A DNA stretch of 32,000 bases from Candidatus Altimarinota bacterium (GCA_041659405.1 JBAZYK010000004.1:96852-128851); one strand, 5' to 3'. Counted from the stretch's first letter, positions 10,801 through 18,868 are shown. Program-made: numbers and translations. Notes: generated by a model from the letters alone, not told the origin.

Positions 10801-13800
10801 GCTTACGTTAGCCTTCCCCTGATTATCGGTTGTAACAGTTTTCTTTTCGATCAGGACGTCATCATAACTGTTTTCAAAATAATAATCGCTGTCCACATTC
10901 TTCTTTTTTACAGTGTTCCAATTGCGTTTATACAAAGTAACTTCAGTCGATTTTCCGCCAACCACCTTGCCATTTTCATCAACACTGACAAGATCAAATT
11001 TAGCCTCTTTCCCGGCCTGAACAACATCATTTATGCTCATAATGCCAACATAATATTCACCTTCATGAACCGAAACCGTCACACGATCGGAAACACTCTG
11101 ATTATTCAAATCAAAAGCCGTAACCTCAACCGTATAAAATTGACTCATTTTTTTATCCGCAATATTTAACGGAAGTTCAATTGTGTATTCGCCATTAGCG
11201 TCTAATTTGGCTTTCCCCTGGGAGACAACGGCTGTTTGTCCCTGACAGCCAAAGTAACAGGAATATCCTTCATCCGAAAAACTAAAGAACGGACTTAAAT
11301 TATTATCACTATTCAAAAAGAAGAAATAATCCTGACTTTTTACAGTCCATTGAATCGGCGCATTTGGCAGCGGCGCGCCAAAAAAGTAACTCGCCTTCAC
11401 TTTCAATTTCAAAGTATCGCCATTTACATAACTCTTTTTATCCGTATTTAAATTGATCTGATAATCCGGTTTTCGGTACTCTGCAACGTGGAAACTCTGG
11501 TACGACCCGATGACATTACTTTGCCCCTTGCCTGTTACCACTCCATTATTGCCGACAGCAACATTTAGAAAATAATCACCTGTAGCCGCCTGATTGCCAA
11601 GTTGCAATTCACCGGCAAAACTTCCATTCGCATTTAAATCCAAAGTTTTGCTATAAACAGCATTTCCCATACTGTCATCAATCGTGACCATAGCCTGTTT
11701 TACATCCGGCAACTTAAAGGCAGCATCTTTATCAACACGCAGAATCCCTTTGAAATAAACGGTATTTCCCGGTCTATAAATCGGCCTATCCATATAAACA
11801 TAGGCATAATATTTTGGAGCGTACGGATTGTAATCAATATTAAAACTGCTTGGATCAACACCTTCACTCCAGGTGGTGTGGGTCAGCGTAATGTCATTAT
11901 TTTTCTTTCCAAAAATTAAATATTGGCGATTATAAATATTTTCAGAGCCAGCCGACGCAGGCAAATCAAAAGTCACCAAACCATTTTGATCTGTTTTTCC
12001 GCTATAAAGAGCCTTTCCGTCGGTACTGCCATTTTGTATAACCGAAATATCCATGCCCGCATTTGGTGCGCCATCAGCAAAATTTGTCGCCCAGATAAGC
12101 AGTTTTGTTGGACTCATCTTCATGGTTAATCCACTGTAGCTCACCATAAAAATATGACGTTCAATTCTTAAATTAAGCGCTCCATCTTGTCCCGCGTAAG
12201 GGTTTTTTACCTGCGGACTCGAAACATCAAAATAATAATATCCCGGCGCCATAGCCATATTCGTCTCTTTCCCAAGATCGATTTTGGTTGTTACAGTTTG
12301 ATTAAACTGCTTGGCGATAGTTTTTGAAAAGCTCGTAAAAGGTCCGGCTGGAATATTGCTGCGCCAATCAATATAACCTCGTTGATAAATTTTCTTAAAT
12401 TCTTCTTCGGAAAGTTTTTTAAAATTAAGATTCATGGTATCAACATTGGTCGATTTTACATAAAAAACAGTCGGTTTATTGGCATCCACAACAGTTATAT
12501 CGGTTGGGCTCATTACTTCAAAAGTAGGCGAAATAGCCGCAGTTTTAAAAGTAAGAACAAAGTCCTGATTCAAAGTTTTTCCAAACTGATCCTTAACACC
12601 TTTTTGAATTGTGATCTTATAATCTGTGGACGGTTTGATCGCGTAAGAAACGTTCAAAACGGTGTCACTCAGACTTAAAGTAAGGTCAGGTTGATTCTCC
12701 AGTTTGGTATCTGCATCGATGGATTTTGGCTCAATCGCAAATTTTTCTTTGATGCTGTCCAAATCCATCGGCTGGCTAAATGTCAAAGAAATGCCACCAC
12801 TTAGCGGATAATCTTTCACTCCATTTTTAGGAGCAGTACTATTAACGGTAATTTCACCAACTGTTTTAAAGAGAATTCCTTTATCTTCGCCAAGTGTTAA
12901 AGTGCCTTCCACGCCGCCAAAATCCTTATCAACTTTCACCAGATAATATTGATCATAACCCAAAGGTTGCGCCGGACTTAACATCAAAGTTTTCTTTAGT
13001 TCTTCAGGTTCCGGCAATGTTATTTGAGTATCACCTTCTTTATATTCACTATCGGTTTTAAACTGATTCAAAGTGTAATAAGAAACCTGGAAAGGTACTT
13101 CGGCCCAATCATTGGCATTAAATTGTTTCAAGACGTCTTCCGTTGATTGTGGAGCAGATTTACCTGAACCACTAATGTTAGTACTCTGCGGGCAGTCTCC
13201 TCCACATCCAAAAAATTTCAATCTATTCTTATCACCCTTATAACTCCACAAATGAATCTTGGATGAAGCTTTATCAGCATTCATTATCTGGTTAAAGAGA
13301 AGTTGAATATTTGAACTGCTAGCTGGAAAATCGGAAAGATCGGAAAAAAAGAGTTGAGGGCCATTATATTTGCCCAAGTTTAGTGGAACCGTATTGATCA
13401 ACTCCGGTTTCAAAGTATCAAACGTCGCCACAAAATCCTGATCGGTTTGACCACCCTCTGCCGAAAAAGTACCTTTTGGAATCGTCAAAGTATAGTGAGT
13501 TGAATATGCCAATTTATCAGGTATAAAGCGGATAGAATCAGTTCCAAGCCACTTCATTTTGCCGTTTGTTGGAGGATCAATTTTTACCGCGATTGCATTT
13601 TCAACACCCTGATCCAAAGTGGTTAATTGCGTCATCGGTCGATCAAAGTGCATCGTAATTTGCGCATCTATAGGCACATCAACCGAACTTGCAGCAGGAG
13701 AAAAAAGTAAAACCTGCGGTGGTCCGGTTATCTCAAAAACCTCTTCATAATCATAACGTAACGATTTTTGGAAAATACTTTTAGCCGCGCGATCCACAAA

Positions 13801-14322
13801 TACATTAAAGGTTTGTCCAACTTTAAATTGATCTTTTGGATAGAACATTAAAGCATTCCCGGACCAGTCAAATCGCCCTTCAACCTGCGGATTAACGCGG
13901 AAAGCCTTTTCAACCGAACCATGGTCCATCAACTGCGTAAAGACAACTTTTATTGGCGCATTATAAGAAATTTTTCGCACATTTGCCCTTAAGTTGTAGC
14001 CCTGAACTTCCGGAGCCGGAATAAATGGATAACTAGCAAATCCAACAGTAATAACCAAAAGTATAGCCACAACAAATGCCCAGCCTTTATTAAGTGATCC
14101 AAAATTAAATTTAGGCCAAGTAAATCGCGCCACACTACCCTCACGCATCACCTCTTTATGCTTCATCATTAACTTCGTCCGCAAATTCTTCTGGAACTGC
14201 GCGCGTGGAATTTCCGACGCATTGCTGGAAATTGCGCTCACCAATTTCTGCAGATCCTCAGGCCGTTTTTTGGCCTCCAGCATCTTCATGAATTCTCTAA
14301 TTTTTTTGGTGAGAAAGAACAT
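7807..14322 (-). CDS. Giant (2171 aa) membrane-anchored alpha-2-macroglobulin family protein with thioester-type CxEQ motif
   Basis: LMTYPYGCAEQVASALLPN (CAEQ encoded at 9352-9363) is followed by a GNGGWGLWE thioester-domain-like segment. There are many beta-rich Ig/MG-like repeats. A single TM helix (WAFVVAILLVITVGFASYPF) follows ~80 cytoplasmic residues. Size and domain order fit bacterial A2M (YfhM/ECAM-like). Confidence 0.88.
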   Translation of the reverse strand: MFFLTKKIREFMKMLEAKKRPEDLQKLVSAISSNASEIPRAQFQKNLRTKLMMKHKEVMREGSVARFTWPKFNFGSLNKGWAFVVAILLVITVGFASYPFIPAPEVQGYNLRANVRKISYNAPIKVVFTQLMDHGSVEKAFRVNPQVEGRFDWSGNALMFYPKDQFKVGQTFNVFVDRAAKSIFQKSLRYDYEEVFEITGPPQVLLFSPAASSVDVPIDAQITMHFDRPMTQLTTLDQGVENAIAVKIDPPTNGKMKWLGTDSIRFIPDKLAYSTHYTLTIPKGTFSAEGGQTDQDFVATFDTLKPELINTVPLNLGKYNGPQLFFSDLSDFPASSSNIQLLFNQIMNADKASSKIHLWSYKGDKNRLKFFGCGGDCPQSTNISGSGKSAPQSTEDVLKQFNANDWAEVPFQVSYYTLNQFKTDSEYKEGDTQITLPEPEELKKTLMLSPAQPLGYDQYYLVKVDKDFGGVEGTLTLGEDKGILFKTVGEITVNSTAPKNGVKDYPLSGGISLTFSQPMDLDSIKEKFAIEPKSIDADTKLENQPDLTLSLSDTVLNVSYAIKPSTDYKITIQKGVKDQFGKTLNQDFVLTFKTAAISPTFEVMSPTDITVVDANKPTVFYVKSTNVDTMNLNFKKLSEEEFKKIYQRGYIDWRSNIPAGPFTSFSKTIAKQFNQTVTTKIDLGKETNMAMAPGYYYFDVSSPQVKNPYAGQDGALNLRIERHIFMVSYSGLTMKMSPTKLLIWATNFADGAPNAGMDISVIQNGSTDGKALYSGKTDQNGLVTFDLPASAGSENIYNRQYLIFGKKNNDITLTHTTWSEGVDPSSFNIDYNPYAPKYYAYVYMDRPIYRPGNTVYFKGILRVDKDAAFKLPDVKQAMVTIDDSMGNAVYSKTLDLNANGSFAGELQLGNQAATGDYFLNVAVGNNGVVTGKGQSNVIGSYQSFHVAEYRKPDYQINLNTDKKSYVNGDTLKLKVKASYFFGAPLPNAPIQWTVKSQDYFFFLNSDNNLSPFFSFSDEGYSCYFGCQGQTAVVSQGKAKLDANGEYTIELPLNIADKKMSQFYTVEVTAFDLNNQSVSDRVTVSVHEGEYYVGIMSINDVVQAGKEAKFDLVSVDENGKVVGGKSTEVTLYKRNWNTVKKKNVDSDYYFENSYDDVLIEKKTVTTDNQGKANVSFIPKEGGVFKVGTESKDSRGNKITSSTTVYVSSGSFVNWGQANNDRIELVADKQEYKIGDTAHVMVKSPYQNVYALVTYERGEILDKKVIKIKSNSDVIDVPITDKSIPNEFVSVVLIKGDNNQAGLAQPTGKDAIDERSVASFKMGYATLQVDTSSRKLLVSVQTNQQKYHPGDEVTINVKTTDVNGKPVKAEMSLSVVDKSVLSLVENFTADLLNDFYRKRSLGVMTSETLTKALSRINVQVESGLKGGGGGTLQKRGNFKDTAYWQAALNTNEQGVGTIKFKLPDNLTTWQILAIGATANTLVGSQKTDFIVSKDVLVRPILPRFLIVNDEITVGTIVHNYLTNAVDLDVSVEASGVTLNGSNKQRIHLGSGEEKKVEFKATVLDEAEAVITFKAIAVNDSNIGDILENKMPIHPYSFPETVATSTVIDNGDKHVETVWLPNNIDPKFGKLTIAVAPTLASSITKGIEYLMTYPYGCAEQVASALLPNVTIKQMLSLPALGKIAAKLVDQKTLQKNVESGLQALYKLQQGNGGWGLWETSEATPHLTSYVLFALNESKKAGYTVDDNVMNRGVNFLKSKIGSNSVKISQLTNSTLSSTKYDKYNLDSRAFALYVLAEMGKGDLALSNNLFDLRKNLNLSAQAYLVMDLQKLITQEKLGGAALQEVQKKIDTIKNEILARAKESPRGVHFEENTLDYQFFDTNNRTTALILQMLNRLDPANPLVPKMLRYMLLEKKNGHFASTQETAVSLMALIEYLKTSGELNVDYDGIVTVNGAEKLHKGFTENNIEAREEVTIPLKDLLQNNLDNEITAVRNGNGKMYFDMNLQYFLPTEQIKARDEGIEVHQQYFATDDKKEENPLTSIKVGENLKGKMTIIVPEDSYYVLVEDFLPAGLEGVDFSLKTSEQQLQDQNDGKGSMCLTWDCYNELWRFNHSEVLDDRMTYFADFLPKGVYEINYFVRATTPGTYHDLPAMASETYFPEVFGRSEGRMFMVTN

Positions 14323-14356
14323 ATTATAAGGTAAAATAATATTTTTTTTAATTCAT

Positions 14357-14397
14357 CGCCGGTTTAGTGGCCGGCGGGGAACCGTCTTCGCGGTCCC
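14357..14397 (-). promoter_or_regulatory. Two tandem GC-rich hairpins in the sigma/A2M intergenic spacer
   Basis: Hairpin 1: CGCCGG (14357-14362) / CCGGCG (14371-14376). Hairpin 2: GGGAACC (14377-14383) / GGTCCC (14392-14397). On the transcribed (minus) strand they are followed by an A-run, not a U-run, so this is not a canonical terminator. Confidence 0.3.
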
Positions 14398-14400
14398 TGG

Positions 14401-14985
14401 TTAAGCGAAATATTGTAAATCAGGTTTTATTTTACGAAGAGTACGGTAAAGGATAATCGCGACATTACTTTCGGAAAGACCGGTCATCTGGACAATTTCT
14501 CGATTCGACAATTCGCTAAAAAATTTCAACTGTATTACTAAAAGTTCTCGTTCAGGTAAAGTTTTCATAACCTTTTTAACCACATCGGAAAGCTCTTCGC
14601 GGGCTGCTTTAATGTGTGGCGAAGCTTTTTCTTCCGGCTCGGAAACACCGTAAGCCCGCTCAATATCGGATGTCCTGGTTTTATTATGTCTCTGGTAATA
14701 ATCATTCAAAACATTGCGGGCTATGCGGAAAACCCAGGCACCAAAGGGTACACCGCGCCATTCAAATTTTTGGATATTTTCCAGCACCTTCATGAAAATA
14801 TCACTCACCAGATCCTCGGCATCATCACGATCATTTATCTTGGCAGCAACAAAAGAATAGACCTTTGGAAAATAAAAATCATAAAGCTTCCCAAAACTTT
14901 CGTTATTTGATTTGGCATCCATCACAAGCTGTTTTTCGTCGCTGAGATCCATCTTTTTTGTGGGAGAAAAGGCGATTGATCGCAT
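14401..14985 (-). CDS. ECF-type RNA polymerase sigma-70 family factor
   Basis: Region 2 (DAEDLVSDIFMKVLENIQKFEWRGVPFGAWVFRIARNVLNDYYQRH) and region 4 HTH (LSNREIVQMTGLSESNVAIILYRTLRKIK). 194 aa. The true start may be the internal MDLSDEK. Confidence 0.85.
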   Translation of the reverse strand: MRSIAFSPTKKMDLSDEKQLVMDAKSNNESFGKLYDFYFPKVYSFVAAKINDRDDAEDLVSDIFMKVLENIQKFEWRGVPFGAWVFRIARNVLNDYYQRHNKTRTSDIERAYGVSEPEEKASPHIKAAREELSDVVKKVMKTLPERELLVIQLKFFSELSNREIVQMTGLSESNVAIILYRTLRKIKPDLQYFA

Positions 14986-15179
14986 TCCGCATCGATCACC
15001 GATACCCCAACAGTATAAGAAAGCGTTAGCATAAGCAAGGCGATCGAAAGAAAAATCACTATTAATAACAGCGCCCCAAAAAAAGTATTACAAAGTTAGA
15101 CTTTGCTCCAGACTCGGCACTTTAATAAGTTGTGCGTGCGCACAGATTTAAGTCTAGAAAATGGCTTCTGCGAGCCAAA

Positions 15180-17771
15180 TTATCTTACTTCAAAAGCAAC
15201 ATTTTTACTCTTCAATACCTTGCCATCACTCAGAACCACCTCTGCCCGCAATTTGTGTGACCCTTTTATCGGCAGCCACAAGGCACTAAAAGGGGATACC
15301 TTATTGGCGACAACCAAAGTTTCATCAATAAAATATCTAACTTCACCGGTATCAAGCGGCACCGTAACCCGCAAAGGAATTTTTTGATCTTTTAAAGGAA
15401 GCGTTCCTTCGATCATGTATTCATCGCCATTCCGTGGCGAATCAATTATCACCTCCGTAAAGTTCGCGCCCGCACTGCCCGCCGCCCCCGCGCCGCCCGT
15501 CGAGCCTGCACCGCTTGCCCCAGTCTGCGCACTCACCGTCTTCCCGCACGGCTCCACATAAGGCAAAGCCAGGCTTTCCCCAACCGCCCATTTTTGAAAT
15601 TTTGGCGGATAAACAACAAAAGTTTTTTGTTGCAGGTTGGCCGGCACGCCTTGGCTACTCAGCGCACTTTCACCTTGCGGCCCACCGCCCAGCGCGCCAC
15701 CGTCAGCGCTCCCACCCACGCAGGCATCCTGAATAATATGTCCGGAATTTTTATCGACCCAAAATTGTTTATAATAATCATCTTTTTCTTTTGGCTCTGT
15801 TCCGGGCACAAACAGTTCAAAAACCCGATCCTGACACAAATCCGTAGGCAATTTGCCGGAAATTCCACAAATTTCCACCTGTTTTAATCCCGCCGGTTTC
15901 ACAAAATCCGTTACCGCCATCCCACTTCCGCCGCCCCCCAAAGCCCCCAACGCCGACTCCATAAAATCATGCCAAATTGGACCCGCTCCATCCACGCCGC
16001 TTATATTATTCATCGGCGTTGCGTCTGCGTTTCCAACCCAAACCGCTGTTAAAAGTTGCGGAGTAAATCCAACCGTCCAGTTATCACGAAAATTTCTGGT
16101 TGTACCGGTTTTAACCGCTGCTGGCCTGCTTAATTCAAGCACGCTACCTTCTCCAAAACCGCCAAGTCTGGCCAACGGATCTTTTAAAATATCAATAATT
16201 TGATAAGCGTGTTCCTTTCCATGTTGTCCCAAAACAAATTGTTCCGGTGGGGGAGTCCACTGATACAAAATTTTCCGCTGCGAATCTTCAATTTTTAAAA
16301 TTGTGCTCAAATCCCTTTCGTTACCGTAATTCGCCAACATATTAAAAGCGCGCGCAAAATCCAGCATTCTAACTTCGGCTCCACCAAGCGTTAAAGCCAG
16401 CCCATAAAAATTCGGATCCTGATCCAGAGTATTAATTCCAATTTTTCTTAAAAAAGAAATAAACGCCTCAACTCCCACAAAATCCAAAGTTTTCACCGCC
16501 GGAATATTAAAAGAACTCGCTAAAGCATTACGCAAACGCACCGGACCATGATACCGCAAATCATAATTTTTCGGCTCATAAGCGCCGGTATCGGTCGAAA
16601 AAGTTGTGGGAACATCATCCAAAATTGTCGCAGGTGTATACCCTTTTTCCAGTGCCAGTAAATAATTAAATGGCTTAACGGCAGAGCCAGGTTGTCGCAG
16701 CGCTGTAACCATATCCACCGCTCCATCAATATTTTCATTAAAATAATTTTCACTTCCAACCCACGCTAAAATCTGTCCGGTTTTTGGATCCAAAGAAAGT
16801 AACGCTCCATTTGTAACATGTTTATCATGCAAAAGTTCAACCTGCCTGGAAACCGTATTTTCAGCCTTTAATTGCAGATTGTAATCCAGTGTTGTGTAGA
16901 TGGATAGCCCCCCGCGATTCATGATTTGATCGCCCAATTCATTGATGACATACTGCACAAAATGCGGTGCTTTCATTTCGGTTTTATTGCGACGCAAATG
17001 GAGTGGTTCTTCGTAAGCCGCCTTGTTTTCCGCATCTGAAATAAATCCATTTTTAGTCATTTGATCCAAAACATATTGCTGTCTTTTTTTTGCCGGATCA
17101 AAATACAAAAATGGATTATAAGCAGACGGCGCTTGTGGAAGCCCCGCCAGGAACGCGCTTTGGGCCAGATCCAAATCATTAACATGCTTGTCAAAATAAT
17201 CCAAAGCCGCAGAATCCGATCCATAAGCCAAATTTCCGTAATAAATTTTATTCAGATAAAGTTCCAAAACCTGATCTTTTGTATAAGAGTGACTCAAACG
17301 AACTGCATATAAAGCCTCCATAATTTTGTCACTCAGGCCGCGTTCCCTATTAACTCCAAGCAGATTTCTTACGAGTTGCTGCGGAATAGTGCTGGCTCCA
17401 CTCACAATTCTTTGCTCGCGCACATTAAAGAAGAGCGAACGCAAAATCGCCCCAAGATCAACGCCACCATGTTCATAAAAATTTATATCCTCTGCCGCTA
17501 AAGTGGCATTAATAAAATTTTTTGGAATCTGATTTAGCGGAACAAAAGTCTTTTTCCCCGAATCCGGCTGCAGAATTTCATATAAAAGCACTCCATTCCG
17601 ATCAAGAATTTTAGTAGAAGGCAACTGATTACCCGCCACAAACAAATCCGGCAACGGCATCACATAAGCAACGTACAAATAAAAACTAAAGCTTAAAAAT
17701 AGCAGCCCAAAAACAGCGGCCAATAGCCAAAATATAATGGGGTGATCCTTCCTGTGAAAAAAAGTTTTCAT
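15180..17771 (-). CDS. pbpC: Bifunctional class A penicillin-binding protein (transglycosylase/transpeptidase), PBP1C-like
   Basis: GT51 motifs: AAEDINFYEHGGVD and GASTIPQQLVRN. Transpeptidase motifs: SAVKPF (SxxK), SSFN (SxN) and KTGTT. An N-terminal TM anchor is present. The C-terminal beta domain (IDSPRNGDEY...VRYFIDETLV...WLPIKGSHKLRAEVVLSDGKVLKSKNVAFEV) matches the pattern of the PBP1C C-terminal domain. Confidence 0.88.
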   Translation of the reverse strand: MKTFFHRKDHPIIFWLLAAVFGLLFLSFSFYLYVAYVMPLPDLFVAGNQLPSTKILDRNGVLLYEILQPDSGKKTFVPLNQIPKNFINATLAAEDINFYEHGGVDLGAILRSLFFNVREQRIVSGASTIPQQLVRNLLGVNRERGLSDKIMEALYAVRLSHSYTKDQVLELYLNKIYYGNLAYGSDSAALDYFDKHVNDLDLAQSAFLAGLPQAPSAYNPFLYFDPAKKRQQYVLDQMTKNGFISDAENKAAYEEPLHLRRNKTEMKAPHFVQYVINELGDQIMNRGGLSIYTTLDYNLQLKAENTVSRQVELLHDKHVTNGALLSLDPKTGQILAWVGSENYFNENIDGAVDMVTALRQPGSAVKPFNYLLALEKGYTPATILDDVPTTFSTDTGAYEPKNYDLRYHGPVRLRNALASSFNIPAVKTLDFVGVEAFISFLRKIGINTLDQDPNFYGLALTLGGAEVRMLDFARAFNMLANYGNERDLSTILKIEDSQRKILYQWTPPPEQFVLGQHGKEHAYQIIDILKDPLARLGGFGEGSVLELSRPAAVKTGTTRNFRDNWTVGFTPQLLTAVWVGNADATPMNNISGVDGAGPIWHDFMESALGALGGGGSGMAVTDFVKPAGLKQVEICGISGKLPTDLCQDRVFELFVPGTEPKEKDDYYKQFWVDKNSGHIIQDACVGGSADGGALGGGPQGESALSSQGVPANLQQKTFVVYPPKFQKWAVGESLALPYVEPCGKTVSAQTGASGAGSTGGAGAAGSAGANFTEVIIDSPRNGDEYMIEGTLPLKDQKIPLRVTVPLDTGEVRYFIDETLVVANKVSPFSALWLPIKGSHKLRAEVVLSDGKVLKSKNVAFEVR

Positions 17772-17849
17772 AATAACTCAAACACGCCAAAGATTCAGTT
17801 CGTGCAAAATTATAAACCCTTTCAGCCAAATTCCTATTACAAAATTCTT

Positions 17850-18275
17850 TTACTTCCAAACCTGATACCACTTCCTTTTTGGCTGTTCCAAGAGTTTAAA
17901 TTGATTTTCCAAACTCAAAAAACGATCCTGAAACGCCTTCATAAAACGCATAAAACTTTCTTTGTCCTTCTTGTTACCTTCCAGCAAACCTTCAACGTGC
18001 GCCTGCAATTTTTGAAGATCCTGCAAAGTTGCAACCTCGGCGGAAACGGCCTTTGACTCTTCCTTGATTGAGCGTTGTTCACGATCAAAAATCGAACTCT
18101 GGCCAAGTTTATAAAACTTAACAAGACTTTCCTGGGTAATCAAATAATTAAAACCCTGTGGAGTCCTTTTTTTCTTTGCCTGAAGCTTTTTGCCTTTCAA
18201 AGCACGACGAATGGTTTGTAGCGATTTACCACTTATCTTAGCGGCTTCTTGAAGCGTTAGCAGAGTTTCAGGCAT
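17850..18275 (-). CDS. Helix-turn-helix DNA-binding protein (excisionase/MerR-like HTH) with coiled-coil tail
   Basis: The N-terminus LLTLQEAAKISGKSLQTIRRALKGKKL resembles the excisionase-family HTH. The rest is a charged coiled-coil-like sequence. A possible TTGATT-18-TATAAT promoter (minus) lies at 18316-18345. Confidence 0.55.
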   Translation of the reverse strand: MPETLLTLQEAAKISGKSLQTIRRALKGKKLQAKKKRTPQGFNYLITQESLVKFYKLGQSSIFDREQRSIKEESKAVSAEVATLQDLQKLQAHVEGLLEGNKKDKESFMRFMKAFQDRFLSLENQFKLLEQPKRKWYQVWK

Positions 18276-18368
18276 GAATTTTTATTAAAAAATCTTTTAA
18301 AAAACTATCACCGGCATTATAGTGAATAGTCGTTTGGATAATCAAGAGAGAAAATCAAAAAATCCTTA

Positions 18369-18398
18369 TTGACCATTATGATGAGCCAATGCTACACT
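18369..18398 (+). promoter_or_regulatory. Candidate promoter for an orphan small RNA
   Basis: TTGACC (18369-18374), an 18-nt spacer, then TACACT (18393-18398). No ORF lies downstream. Confidence 0.3.
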
Positions 18399-18409
18399 AT
18401 AACTACAAA

Positions 18410-18485
18410 GACCTTGTCTCCAAATTGTCACCGTATGGTGGCGTTTCCATGATTTCCATGGAATAGGAGCGGGGTCGTTTTTTTA
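18410..18485 (+). ncRNA. Candidate small structured RNA (Y-shaped, three helices) ending in a U-run
   Basis: Closing helix: GACC/CUCC (18410-18421) pairs with GGAG/GGUC (18466-18476). Inner hairpins: CACC-GUAU-GGUG (18429-18440) and CCAUG-AUUUC-CAUGG (18447-18461). A T7 run follows (18478-18484). The region is non-coding in all frames. Confidence 0.25.
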
Positions 18486-18626
18486 TTTAAATTCCCAAAT
18501 ATCATCGATTAATTTGTTGATGATTTTTCTTTGTGTATTTTAAAACCTGCGTCCCCCGATTCATCTATAAAAACGATCATAGTATTTTCAATACGGTGAA
18601 AATTACTACTATCTTAGTGGTTTGGC

Positions 18627-18659
18627 TCTTTTGAAAACCGACTGGTGCAGGGCACGCAG
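18627..18659. repeat. Outer homology box, left copy (inverted partner at 24979-25010)
   Basis: CTTTTGAAAACCGACTGGTGCAGGGCACGCAG versus the reverse complement of the right copy TTTTTGAGAACCAACTGGTGCAGGCAGCGCAG. By-eye alignment gives roughly 85% identity with one 1-nt indel. Confidence 0.6.
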
Positions 18660-18738
18660 TGATGCCTGACACCGCGTGCTCTGGAAAACATAATGCTAAA
18701 ATCTGCGCCGCCTGAGGCGGGGGGCAGGTAGCACGGGG

Positions 18739-18868
18739 CGTTTTTGGGTAAAAAAGCCTTGCATCTTTAAAAAGATATTGGTAGGATAACCCTCCTTATC
18801 ATTAAGCGCCATTTATGTTAGAAATAAGAGACCAGATAAACTTAATTGACGATAGCCATATAACCAAA
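18739..18868. repeat. Core inverted repeat, left arm (promoter + leader + ATG + first ~18 codons of the AspRS-like gene)
   Basis: 18755-18854 aligns to the reverse complement of 24608-24714 with 3 mismatches plus one 7-nt tandem duplication (AAGCGCC) in the right arm. Weaker homology extends outward over a CGTTTTTG(G/T)GTAAAA(A/G)AGCC stretch. It also extends inward to codon 18. Confidence 0.92.
18759..18787 (+). promoter_or_regulatory. Putative promoter of the plus-strand island operon (inside the inverted repeat)
   Basis: TTGCAT (18759-18764), a 17-nt spacer, then TAGGAT (18782-18787), 27 nt upstream of the ATG at 18815. An identical element is mirrored at 24682-24710. Confidence 0.4.

Noticed and set aside
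18627-18758. Identity of the left leader as a T-box or ZTP riboswitch
   Set aside because: There are partial resemblances: GACTGGTG and CCGCCTGAGGC versus the ZTP ACUGGCG and CCGCCUGGGC, and GGTAGCACGGGG versus the T-box GGUGGUACCGCG. However, key conserved nucleotides (for example the T-box UGGN bulge) are missing. The right-hand leader lacks the CCGCCTG element, and I cannot run covariance models. It is left as an unclassified leader.
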